A program made the position numbers and the translations under genes. Shown one piece after another: positions 1 to 12,513 of a DNA stretch of 64,000 nt. Each line of letters begins with the position of its first letter. The first letter of the stretch is position 1. The stretch lies in NCBI GenBank assembly GCA_951406725.2, contig OX597819.1, positions 75,950,001-76,014,000 on the forward strand. The letters are read 5' to 3'. The notes beneath the pieces are model-generated. The model searched no databases. It saw only the letters and a list, made by a program, of their open reading frames with translations, and was not told the DNA's origin. The stretch comes from Octopus vulgaris (taxonomy: Eukaryota).

Positions 1-1007
1 ATAATAGTGGTTCTGTGGCATTTTTTAAAATACCATGCTATGTTGTTTTCTTCTACTCTAATGCTCTGTTCGCAACCAATCAGTCCTCTTCCCCTCATTT
101 TCTTCTTCTTATTATTCTTCTAAATATTATTCTTACAATTTCAACTTTTAATGGATTGTATTTTTTTGTTTTTCGTCTTCTTTCTTTGCGATCCTGGAGG
201 CAAACGGACAAAATGTATCAATTAGCAGGCAACTTCACTTTTCTGCTTTAATTTGTAGTTTATGTATATTTGTTTGTGTCCGTGTATGTGCATGTGTGTG
301 TGTGAGAAAGAGAGAGAGAGAGAGGAGAGGAGAGGGAGGGAGAAACACGAAGAGGAGAGATGTGGGAAGAAGTAGATGCGTTAAATAAACAACTATTAAG
401 AGTTATAAATATACGGAGATTGGACAGCTCTTGATTTCTGTGAATGTCTTGAAACCAGTAAAACATAAGAATATAGTCTGAACTGTCTGAAAGAAATCGC
501 ATTTGCATATATACATATATCCACGTATGTATATATTACGTATATATGTATGTGTGCATGTAGATGTACGTGAGTGTATATAAGTATACACACCGTACTA
601 TTACTAATGTATTAGAATGAATTAAATTACAAGTCACCGATGTTATTAATCTAATTTCTCTAACTTGTATTTCTTTCAAGTGCTGTATTTCCTTGTCTCC
701 TCATTCGATATAGAAGGAGAGGATCATTGAAGACGAGGCTATGAAAACCGGGAGAACCAGGAAAGGGTCAAAAAGACGAAGAGGAAAGTTTTCAGAAACG
801 AAAATTTAGTAGCAGTTGCTAGGCATATACCTACGTGTTTACTTTTCTCGTTTAAATAGAACTCAGTGAAATCATTCAAGCTGGATAGTTCCGAAGTTTA
901 ACCGAGCGTTGAAAGTAAATAACTCACTCGGTACCTCACAGGGATTTATGACTACATACTGTGTATGAGAACACTTGCATGTTAGCTGATGGACTATCAA
1001 TGAAGCA

Positions 1008-1100
<93 letters not shown>

Positions 1101-3005
1101 GCTGTAAGAGCACTGTCAGTAATATGAGAGTATTAATCGCTATAGTTTCTTTACTTTCTTGAGGTATTTGTTAACCATTTGTTTCTAATAGATCCAGCAG
1201 TTATGATATTTTGTCTCCTTCAAAATCCCATATATAAAGGCCCTATTCTAAAATCGTAGATCTTAATGCTTCGAGAGTAAGCTGCTTTGGAATTATATGT
1301 ATGTATATGTCTGCGATTCATGTATATCGTTAGGAGGCCCATGTTAACACACGGAGGATTTAATCAGATACTGATCGAACCCTGGCGTGTTAACATGGGA
1401 CTCCTAACAACATAGTAAACATCATATAATCAAGATATCCATCGCATGAGGAGGAGCCTGCGGTTTACACCTCGCTTGGATATTTACTGCTTCCGAGGTT
1501 TAGCTCGCTATGAAACATATGTAGCCCGGATTCTATCTACGCCAATCCTTAACATTTGGATTTTTAGTCGCGTACCCTGCAAACCTGACTGTCAACCGTG
1601 AACTATATATAACGTTTCTCAGCTGATCGTACTTCGATATGGGAGAAAATCACAACCTTGAGCACCAATAAACCACTGTTGTTCCTGAAAGTTGTCTTTT
1701 ATATGTTCTATGGCTTGCTTGAAGCTTACTTTCTTCCTACACCTCGACTCTGGATCTTACATTTCTCGCTCTCCCCCCTCTCTCTTTATATATATCAGTG
1801 TGTGTCCATACACTCACACGCACACACACGCAGACATACACATACAAGCACACGCCCGCCAGCTTTACGTCTGCCACACCCAGACAATATAATCACCACC
1901 AGCTCACTGTCAAAGAATTTCCATTTTTAAACGAACTGGTGTCGCAGACCAATTGGTACTCTTCGATAACACTATATGACACACTTTGACTAATAGCAGC
2001 CTATCTTCCGGTAGCCATCTTGAATTTCCTGTGTCTCTCTATTCGGTAATTTAAAGCCTAAAAGAAACGAGCTATTGTTAGAAGATAGCATCGTAAAAAA
2101 TAAAATATGTGTTGTGAAAAAGAAATATGCACTCTGAAGATGGAGGCCTGATCTAACCAATGTTTAGTTTCTTCCATCATAGGTTGCATATTTTTATGAA
2201 CAACATTTGCCAATATTATGGAGTAACTCCGAGCCTCCAGAAACAATTGTCGGACTTGTAACATCATACCTACCCCACGTTAACTTTCCGCATCTTTGTA
2301 GTCTGTACGTTTGCTCTGTTAATAGATATTTATATATCTATTTATACATGGATATTCATCGTGTTGAAATTATCAGTCTTTGCATTCTCTTTATATACGT
2401 ATATGTATATTTGTATATCAAACTCAACCGGTTTTATCTGTTTATTTGCATTCATATCTACGCACCTGGATTCCTCTTATAGCCATTCTCTATCCCGCGA
2501 ATTTGGTCCTCGGTAAAGATTTCGGACGGTAAGTTCAAATCACTTTAGTGCCGCTGAATGTCTTCTATATTGAGCTTATCTGAATATCATCTGTTGACTA
2601 TAAATACATACATACATACATACATACATACATACATACATACATACATACATACATACATACATTCATACACACACACATACATACATACATACATACA
2701 TACATACATACATACCTGTGTGAGGCGATCTGGTGTACGCGAAAGACTAAAGATTAAAACAAACTAAAAAGCGCATATGCGTATGCATATATTCTATATA
2801 ACTTCATATACACGTTGTTCGGGGAAATACATTTTCAAGTTATCTCAAAGTTTACTTCAAAGTAAATAAAAACTGAAAACAAAATTACTTCCCGTCTTCA
2901 TTATATTTTATGGAAGTTCACATACATATGTTCATTCACCTCAGTCTCTCTGTTGCACATTAACAAGTCATTGTTAGTTGTTTTTTTAAAAAATACAGTG
3001 GTCTA

Positions 3006-3431
3006 TTTACTCTTTTACTCTTTTACTCTTTTACTTGTTTCAGTCATTTTGACTGCGGCCATGCTGGAGCACCGCCTTTAATCGAGCAACTCGACCCCGG
3101 GACTTATTCTTTTGTAAGCCCAGTACTTATTCTATCGGTCTCTTTTGCCGAACCGCTAAGTGACGGGGACGTAAACACACCAGCATCGGTTGTCAAGCAA
3201 TGCTAGGGGGACAAACTCAGGCACACAAACATATACACACACACACATATATATATATACATATATACGACAGGCTTCTTCCAGTTTCCGTCTACCAAAT
3301 CCATTCACAAGGCTTTGGTCGGCCCGAGGCTATAGCAGAAGACACTTGCCCAAGATGCCACGCAGTGGGACTGAACCCGGAACCATGTGGTTGGTAAACA
3401 AGCTACTTACCACACAGCCACTCCTGCGCCT
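3006..3431 (-). mobile_element. tRNA-derived SINE, family A (full length)
   Basis: Minus-strand head GGCGCAGGAGTGGCTGTGTGG (A box) ... GGTTCAGTCCC (B box), internal (TA)/(CA) tract, (GAGTAAAA)n tail; near-identical copy at 44631-45038. Confidence 0.9.
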
Positions 3432-3856
3432 TTAAGAAAAATATAACTGCGGGATTGAAAATAAACAAAATGAAGTGAAGAATGTACGAAAGTTATTAGA
3501 GATTTCTCTTTTCATTTTTTAACAGTATGATGTCGCTAATTCACGTCGGTAGCATCGCTGAGAATAATGCTTCTATTGTAAAAAAAAAAAAAGAAGTATA
3601 TGTATAAAAAGAATTGCAAATTGGCAATTCATTTAAAATTTTCCTTCGTAAATATTTAAATAATATTCTTGTCTACGTTTTGAAGAAATACGTTGTGCAT
3701 GTGTAGAGAGACAAGGTGAGTGAACTGTAAAGATTGAGAGAAAGGGAGAGAGAAATTTTACAAATATAGGATTTCGTTGGGGGTAGACGGCGTTTGGTAT
3801 TGACTATGTTTGTGTATGTATGTATGTATGTATGTATGTATGTATGTATGTATGTA

Positions 3857-3965
3857 TGCTTTTATTCAGTTTTATTTCATGATTTCTTGCCAAAATGAAA
3901 GAGCCGGTTTCTAGCCTAGATCCAGGTTCCAACATTGGAATTTCAACATCAACAGGGTATTTTTG
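3857..3965 (-). repeat. Short interspersed repeat inside (TACA)n, with HHR-like 3' half (GAAACCGG)
   Basis: Homologous to 60115-60215 (+): CCTGTTG..TGAAATTCCA..TGGATCTAGG.TAGAAAC.GGCTCTTTC. Confidence 0.55.
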
Positions 3966-4232
3966 TATGTATGTATGTATGTAGATTTGTATATTTTGTA
4001 TAATGTGTGCATTCTCATTTATTTGCATGTCTTGACATGTACATATATAGTTAAATGACAAACATCTGGAAAGTTTTTCAGATTTTTACAGTTCCAGTGA
4101 TGGCGTGGAACAGTAGTTTTCGAGTCAACTTTATCCTTTCTGGTTTTGAGGAGTCTAATACCTCAAGATTGGTATTTGTATGTATGCAAGTATGTATGTA
4201 TCAATATATATATACATATACATCTGTCCGTG

Positions 4233-4398
<166 letters not shown>

Positions 4399-5434
4399 AC
4401 GAATTGAGAAAGTCATTACAAAGTAGAATAGATTACGGAGGAGTATTTGTCCTGAGTCTCTCAGCCTTAGTTCCAATCCTGGCAAGATCAAGGTTGCCTT
4501 CCATTATTTGGGGGTCGATAATTTATGTACAAGAGCAGGATGTTTTTTTGCCTAACTAATAAGAGCTTTGGTGAGTTGGTTCTCAGTACGTTACCCAGCG
4601 TTCTGAGAATGTCTTCCGTGTATGTACTATAAAGTATAACTGTATTAAAGAAATATTTTTACGTAACTACTAATTTTGTAATCATACCAGCGACAAAAGA
4701 TGCACTTGAAAATTTCAATCGGTTTGTCCGATTTAGTGAAGTCACTAATAACACTGACAAAATTTTAATATTTTTTGTGTTTGTTCAGTGTTAATTCCTA
4801 TTTGCTTCTATCTAAAAATTAAAGGAAATAACTACTATTCATTTCAAACTTAGCTTTTGAGATCTGGACATCAATGTTTTGAAACTAACCAAATTTCCAT
4901 TACATTTCAGACAGTTTCATTACTGTATTGCTAAAGCAGAAATATCGTTATAGCAAACATTCTGCTCAATACCACAAATTCGCTTGATCTTAACCACGTT
5001 CCTAGAGTGGTTGAAAATATGTGCATCGCTGAATATGAGCATGTATAGTGGGGGAAAATCATAGCCATGTGTTGAGAGGGATTTTTGGTTGTTTGAATAA
5101 ATGCAACAAAAGTTTGAAGGAAATATTAGCCATTTTTCATACTTTCTAGGAGTGACGAAATAGGAAATAACAGTTGCTACCCAAGGGCAAACTTTGTATT
5201 ACATGGTGTAGTAGCGGTTTTACTAGTGGACAAAGCGGGAGTTACTCAATAAATACCAATATAGTATCGAATTTCATTCGGTCCTGCACAGAACGATATT
5301 GCATGAGAGCAAACTGTTTTCATATGTACGTCTCCCTAAACACAGATGGTTAACTCTATTAATATATTCTGTAGTACATAATAGTATTGCAAACAAACAC
5401 CTGTTAATGCGCCATGAACGTATCTGTATGTATG

Positions 5435-5650
5435 TTTCTTTATTACCCACAAGGGGCTAAACATAGAGGGGACAAACAAGGACAGACAAACGAATTAAGT
5501 CGATTACATCAACCCCAGTGCGTAACTGGTACTTAATTTATCGACCCCGAAAGGATGAAAGGCAAAGTCGACCTCGGCGGAATTTGAACTCAGAACGTAG
5601 CGGCAGACGAAATACGGCTACGCATTTCGCCCGGCGTGCTAACGTATCTG
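5435..5650 (-). mobile_element. SINE family B, 5'-truncated
   Basis: Matches 20604-20835; B box GAGTTCAAATTCC; core GCCTTTCATCCTTTCGGGGTCGATAAA; AACGTATCTGTATGTATGT on both sides. Confidence 0.9.
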
Positions 5651-5711
5651 TATGTATGTATGTATGTATGTATGTATGTATGTATGTATGTATGTATGTA
5701 TGTATGTGTGT

Positions 5712-5752
<41 letters not shown>

Positions 5753-6519
5753 TGTGTGTGTATGTGTTTGTATACATGCAAAGAGGGAAGAAAGTGAGAG
5801 ATACAAGAGAAAGATAGAGCGAATGCATGCATGCATATTTAAAATTTATTGACTTTAGAATAATTTTTTATTGTGCTTATCTAACATTTTCGCTTCGTCT
5901 TAAGATATCTTGTAACGTTGCTTTGGAAGTGTTTCTGTATGTATGAGTGTGTTTACGACAGCTAGGTGTACGTTTAAATATGTATGAGTTTGTATGAGTG
6001 GTTACGAGTGGTTATGAGTGGTTCAATCTGTATGTGAGAAACGATGTTTCTTGAGAAACGTTGTCTATGTTTTAATCTTTTATAAAAATTAAACTATGAG
6101 ACAAAATGTCTTCTAATGATTAGAATGCGAAATTATTTGAATAGTCTAGAAAAATATACATAATGTACATAACATTAAAAAGTAAAGCAAGAAACGAAAA
6201 ATGGAGAACATTTATATGAAACTATTGATTGCTTTTTTTGCTTTCGATTATTAATTTTTTCTGTTCTTTTCTTATTTCCACTTTGTATGCTTTACACTAA
6301 TATGTCTAAATGAAGCGTTATTTAAATTTAATTGAATTTGTGGAGATCAAGGATATTAAATTTATGTAATTATGTAATTGGTCATACACACAGATACACA
6401 TATACACATACATATACATATAAATATGTAGATATATATGTGCGTGTATCATAATTGAAATTTGGTAATTATTCAAATACACTCGTTTCTGATTACTATA
6501 CATACACTTAACACTATAA

Positions 6520-7190
6520 GCACCCAAACGAGCCATTGCTGGATAAAGCCATGCCCTCTGTTAATTTGTTCGGGTTTCAGTGCTCGATCCCAAATTGTCA
6601 GTTTAATTCAACACATCCTTCCATTTTGGTCGTTGTGGCCCACTATTTCTTTTGAAGTCTCTTAGAATCTCAGTCTATCAACTTTTCACTACTGTATCGT
6701 TACTTAACTTCAGGACGTTTCCAAAGCAACTACATTTGAATGATGTTATGGATTTGACAACATTATCTAGTTTTGTTCGGTTTAGATTTTGCCCCGTTGC
6801 TTATGGTCTTTTCTCATTATTCCAGACATAATGGATTGATATGGATGCTTGAAACGCATATATCTTACCTGTCAGTTCATTTGTCGGATTCTATGTTTCT
6901 GCACCATAAGGAATAGTGGTGATGACAAAGTGGTTGTCATCTCAGCTTCTTAGTTTCAGAAGAAAATTCCTCTTAAAAGACCAGTTTTTAACAACCGATT
7001 TTGTTAAACTTGCTAGTTGAAGTTAATTTGCTGTTTTGTCTCTTCTATCTCTTTTGTTGGTTGGTTTGTTATAAGCTACCCAATCTAGGTGTGACATATT
7101 GCGACAGACTTGAAACGGATTTTTCTTTATTTATGATATCAGAGACTTCAAACATGTTCTTTGTCAGTCATACAGCCTTATTTTCCATAT
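6520..7190 (-). pseudogene. Highly decayed RTE-like LINE RT C-terminal remnant
   Basis: Minus strand reads YGAET* (YGAETW motif) near 6890-6910; many stops. Confidence 0.35.
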
Positions 7191-7196
7191 TCAGTT

Positions 7197-7339
7197 GGCG
7201 TAGGCGTGGCAAGAAGATTGCTTCCTAACAACATGGCTCCGGGTTCAGAGCCACTTTGGATAAATATCTTCTGCGATAGCCTCGAGCATACCAAAATTTC
7301 GAGAGTGGATTCGGTCGACGGAATCTGAAAGAAGACCGT

Positions 7340-7341
<2 letters not shown>
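7197..7341 (+). mobile_element. SINE family A 5' fragment
   Basis: Diverged head ...CCGGGTTCAG...GTGGATTCGGTCGACGGAATCTGAAAGAAG. Confidence 0.7.
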
Positions 7342-7383
<42 letters not shown>

Positions 7384-7386
<3 letters not shown>

Positions 7387-7543
7387 GGGTTGGAAAAAAT
7401 AATGGAAACACTTAGCATCATAGCATCATAATTTTGAAATATATATAAAACCGTCAAAAGTTTGCTTATTTTTATGTCTTGTTTTATTTATAATTAGCTT
7501 TGCTAAACTTGTTGTTTCTTTTCAGATATCATCAGAAAAAGGT
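7384..7543 (+). mobile_element. Tc1 terminal fragment (same family as 15225-16437)
   Basis: TA + CAGGGGTTGGAAAAAATAATGGAAACAC, then TAGCATCATAGCATCATAATTTT, which is the reverse complement of the right end of 15225-16437. Confidence 0.85.
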
Positions 7544-7550
7544 ATTTACT

Positions 7551-7663
7551 GTAGCGCGAGGCAACAGTAAAAGACACTTGCTCAAGGTGTCACGCAATGG
7601 CACTGAACTCGGAACCATGTGGTTGGGGAGCAAGGTTCTTACCACACAGTCACGCCTACGCCT
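7551..7663 (-). mobile_element. SINE family A head fragment
   Basis: AAGACACTTGCTCAAGGTG...GGAACCATGTGGTTG...TTACCACACAG. Confidence 0.75.
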
Positions 7664-7813
7664 AGTAGCCATGATAGATCGGTAGCCACTACACATATTT
7701 TTTCTCTCTTTGTTTTTTTCTGTGTCCCTTTCTGTAGAAGAGCGTTATACTAATACATCTGTTTCTTTTTACACCACCTGTCTTCGTCTTTTCTTTTTTT
7801 CTTGAACTCTTCC

Positions 7814-7815
<2 letters not shown>
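7664..7815 (+). mobile_element. HHR family C element, 3' half of ribozyme deleted
   Basis: Aligns with 31931-32145 and 45690-45878; deletion between two GAGCG direct repeats; ends in (TA)n. Confidence 0.75.
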
Positions 7816-7857
<42 letters not shown>

Positions 7858-8091
7858 AGTGTGTGTGTGTGCATGTATGTATATGTTTATGAATGCATGT
7901 GTAAGTTGTTGTGTATCTACGTGTGTGTGTATACGTGCATACGTAAATCTTTAGATTCTCAATGAATGAAGTTAGTACTTTATATAAACTGAATATCTTT
8001 TACTTGCAACGTCATTTTCAACCCATTCATCTTAAATCGCAATGGCGTGGAACTCGAATGATATATACATCCGTATCTCTCTCTGTATGTA

Positions 8092-8214
<123 letters not shown>

Positions 8215-8571
8215 ATAGATCTTCTGCTGAGAGCATGGACGATTGCTAGTGGCGATCCGCCGAACAACATCATCACTGCCGCGCTAAAAAACAATGGATT
8301 TCATAGAACCATTGACCAGATAGAGCGGAAGAAAAGTGAGTTTATCCGGCCTTACATGCTTATAAGACCACACATCAAAACACTGGGCAACATAATTGAA
8401 AATTATTGTGGCAAAGCTGATGAGGATGAAGAGGACGAAAAAGAGAAGGAAGCCGGAAGTCTCTGTGATCCAGGGGTTCCTCAGGAAAATGGATCACCAA
8501 CCCCGGTGAAAGACCAGGTAGTGAAGGATAGGTGAGCCAAGGGAGCAGAAACCGGAAGCCCCCCTGTACCA

Positions 8572-8976
8572 GTGGTCCTACGAAGAAATGAAAAATTAGA
8601 TAAACAGAAGAAAAAAGGAAGGACCGAAAACCAAAATAAGGAGGGAAAAGGAGGAAAAGGCAAAACAACCAAAGCTGAAACCCCAACCCACCACACAAAC
8701 AGCAGAGAACCCCATGGAGGATCCAATGCCACCCAGTACACTTCAGAAAAGAAGAAATCTGGAAGGCACCGAAGAACCTGTAAGTTCTACCTGCGGAGCA
8801 AATGTTGGCATGGTGAGGACGGCAAAAACTGCCGGTTCGCCCACCCGACACCCCGCCAGAACTTCAGGCGACTCAAAGAGAAAAACTTTACCGAGGGAAC
8901 ACAAGAAATGTCTCCCAGGAAAACTTTCAAAAGACGAAGTGCGCTCCTCAGGTGTTCTGCGCAATGCAGCATCTGA
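8572..8976 (+). pseudogene. LINE ORF1 remnant with CCCH zinc finger
   Basis: CKFYLRSKCWHGEDGKNCRFAHP (C-x7-C-x8-C-x3-H), basic region, upstream of the APE domain. Confidence 0.65.
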
Positions 8977-9099
8977 GCAAGAGTCTTTTTTATGCATGGC
9001 GCAAAGAATTGTCCGGCAGCTAACCTGGCTACACCAAGCACAGAGAAGGAACCCTGCCCACCACTATGCAAGACCACCACAGTCAACAGACACGGGATG

Positions 9100-11721
9100 G
9101 CCTCCCTAACGCCATCACCCCAATACTTTTACTAAATATTGGGGGCCTGTTGCATCAAAATAGAAACAAAATTTCTTTCCTGAGAGATCTTACTGCATGC
9201 AATCAGGCCCTATGCATAGCACTTGTGGAAACTCACCTCAACCCTGATATAGAGGACGCAGAAGTACACATACCAAACTATGCCATACTGCGACGGACAG
9301 AAGGGAAAGGAGCCATGGTGGAGTTGCTGTATACATCCACGATGACCTCACACCCCAGGTCTTAATGACATACTCAAATTCGGTATGTGACACTTTAATT
9401 GTATACATAAGACAACATAATATAGTCATATGCAATACATATTGCCCACCGGATGCCCCAAATCACATAGGCAAGTTTGAAGATTGCCTCACAAGAATTA
9501 AAGAAATCCTCATGAATCTGGAACACCACGTGACCATATTTCTTATGGGTGATTTCAACTTCCCCAACGTCAAATGGCCCGAAGGTCACATACTCTCAGG
9601 AATGAATCATTGCAAGCAAGTACAGGTGGAGTCCCTGCTCAACCTCACCAATGTCTTATTCATGGAGCAAGTTGTACTCAAGCCAACTAGGGCGAATAAC
9701 ATTCTGGATCTCTGCTTCACGAACAATATGGACATCATTCATGATGTGAAAGTGACACTGACATCAGTTTCGGATCACAACATAATAGAGCTGTCTATGT
9801 TTGGGCCAAAAGTAACCAGAGACATACAGCCTAAAAGAAGCACCCGAAATCTCTCCAATCTGAACTTCCACAAAGCAGATTGGAAATCGATCCAAAAAGA
9901 GATCCTCAGAGAGGACTGGCTGGAATGTCTCTCCACACCAGACATTGACATGAAACTAGAATGTTTCATGTCTTCTGTGCAAGCCGTATGCCAGAAATAT
10001 GTCCCAGAGCACAAGGCCAAAACAAATAGGAGCAAGATTCCAAGAGACAGGAAGATCCTCATGAGACGTTGGACGAAGGTTGCAAATCGTCTCAACCAAC
10101 ATCCCAAAAGTAGCGAAACGTCCCGCCTAAAAACAACACTGATGGAGATCGAAAAAAGGCTGCAACAATCCTATGTGAAGGAGAAAGCAGACAAAGAAGC
10201 CTGGGTTATAAAAAACATTAAATCAAACCCAAAGGCCTTCTTTCATTACGCGAAAGAAACAGTCTCAGTGCACTACAAGATAGGACCCCTCCTCCAAAAG
10301 GATGGCTCCCTCACAGACAGTCCAACTATGATCAGTGAGATGCTGAATGACCAGTTCAAAAGTGTCTTTACCACTCCGTTGGAACACAGACAAGTGAACG
10401 AACCAGTGGACTTCTTTGCCGCCTCACCTATAACCAGCGAGGCGGTTACAATAGAATGTATTGACATTAGCGAAAAAGATGCCCTACTAGCCATAGATGA
10501 AGTGGACACAAACTCAGCTGCTGGTCCAGACGGTTTCCCAGCCATCCTCCTCAAAGCGTGTAAGAATACCCTGGCAAAACCCCTCAAGATTCTCTTCCAG
10601 AGCTTTCTTGCGAATGGCAAACTGCCAAGCAAGCTGAAGGAGGGAATAATATGCCCAATACATAAAGGGGGAAGTAGAGCAGATGCCAAAAACTATAGGC
10701 CTATCTTTCTGACTTCACACATCAGCAAAGTCATGGAACGGATAGTAAGAAACTAATCGCATTCCTTGAAGAAAATAACTTGCTGAGTGATACCCAGCAT
10801 GGTTTTCGACCAGGTAGGAGCTGCCTGAACCAGCTCTTACAGCATTATGACTGGGTGTTGAGGCAGTTACTCAACAAATCAAATGTGAACGTAATCTACC
10901 TTGATTTTGCAAAAGCTTTTGACAAGGTGGATCATGGTATGATATGCCACAAACTGCGTGACCTCGGCATAGCTGGAAAACTTGGAGTGTGGTTGCATGA
11001 CTTTCTGAAAGATAGGAGTCAGGCAGTAGTGGTTAATGGAGCCACCTCTGTGAACACACAAATAGCGAGCGGTGTTCCACAGGGCACTGCTCTTTATAGT
11101 GGCCCTCTCAGATATGCCCTCAAATGCCCGGATAGCCACTCTGGCCAGCTATGCAGACGATACGAAAGTCTCGCAGAAAATACAGAACCTCAGCGATGTT
11201 GCACACCTGCAGCAGGAGTTGGACTCAATCTACAGATGGGCTGAGGATAATAATATGCAGTTTAATGCTGAAAAATTCCAGGCCCTGCGCTACCAGCATC
11301 CAAAACTGAATATTAAACTTACAGGATACACTGGTCCACAGGGAATTTCAATCCCAGAGTCTAAGTCTGTGAGGGACCTGGGTATTGACATGAGTGATGA
11401 TACCTCTTTCCAAGTGCACATTACCAGGATGGCGACAAAGTGCAGACGACTGGCTGGGTGGATCCTAAGAACATTCAGAACCAGAGATAAGGAAACCATG
11501 ATGGTCCTCTGGCGGACATTCGTCCTCAGCCGCCTGGATTATTGCTCACAGCTATGGTCACCCACCAGTGTAAAATTAACAGCGGACCTTCAAACAATCC
11601 AGAGAAGATTCACAAATAAGATCGTCTTTGCAATAGCTCAGCTATTGGGAAAGGTTGAAACAGCTAAGACTCTACTCCTTGGTGAGAAGACGGGAGAGGT
11701 ATGCAGTAATATATGTCTGGA
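9100..11721 (+). pseudogene. LINE ORF2 (AP endonuclease + reverse transcriptase), frameshifted
   Basis: APE: ALVETHL, MGDFNFP, NILDLCFTN, SDHNII. RT: AGPDGFP, KNYRPI, QHGFRPGRSC, YLDFAKAFDKVDH, SGVPQGT, YADDTK, RDLGI, RLDYCSQLW. Confidence 0.95.
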
Positions 11722-11963
11722 GCATCAAAAGTCTTCCGTGGTGTGCGTCCTTTCAAATACAAAAACCGGATCACTGCTCGACACCCAACAGGCTCCATTT
11801 CATACTTGACTCAGTTCAAACACCTGTAAATCAGAAACCGCAATTAGTCCAGAGCTGTAATTTGCCACTTTATCTATAGAGATATAAATAATTGCACATG
11901 CAAAATTTCAGCTAGATCAAATAATTGCAAGTGGGTCAGAGCATTACTTATTGAACGTCCCTC

Positions 11964-11964
<1 letters not shown>
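11722..11964 (-). mobile_element. mariner 5' end (TIR + transposase N-terminus), inverted
   Basis: TA-CGAGGGACGTTCAATAAGTAATGC TIR; ATG at 11798 gives MEPVGCRAVIRFLYLKGRTP. Confidence 0.88.
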
Positions 11965-12056
<92 letters not shown>

Positions 12057-12097
12057 GTAGGTGTATGTATTTATGAATAAATGTATGTATATATATT

Positions 12098-12513
12098 TTT
12101 TTTCTAGTTTCAGCTCAGAGCTGCGGCCATGCTGATGCACCGCCGTTTTGTGCTACACTGTTATTACGACGAACCTCGTCTAATATGTGGCACTTGGTGA
12201 AGAATGGAGTTTGATATAGCTACTCTCATTTATACCTCTTGCCGTGAGGTAGGTTCATCTGGGACTCTTGACAGGAAGATGTCCAGCTTTGATTTAAAAA
12301 CCGCTACATCTACTTTGTGCAAGTTCCTCAGACTCTTTGGGAGAATATTAAAAAGCTGTGGGCCCTTGAAACCCACGCTGTTGCAGAAGCTGGTCCTGAA
12401 GCGTGATGGCATTGCTGGGATATTTGGCACTATGCAGTGTCGTCCCGTTCTAGCATTGGCGTAGCTTACAATGCCAAAATTTGGCACAATTCCTTCCAGG
12501 ATCTTCCAGACAT
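12098..12513 (-). mobile_element. 3' end of the CR1-group LINE (ORF2 C-terminus + 3' UTR), inverted
   Basis: VWKILEGIVPN...GPQLFNILPKSLRNL...FKSKLDIFLSRVPDEP continues ERYAVIYVW, which ends at 11720; A-rich tail. Confidence 0.9.

Larger units (their letters stand above)
8217..11721 (+). mobile_element. CR1-group non-LTR retrotransposon (decayed); its 3' end was displaced by an inversion
   Basis: ORF1 remnant with CCCH finger; ORF2 with APE and RT motifs, broken by frameshifts. Confidence 0.92.
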
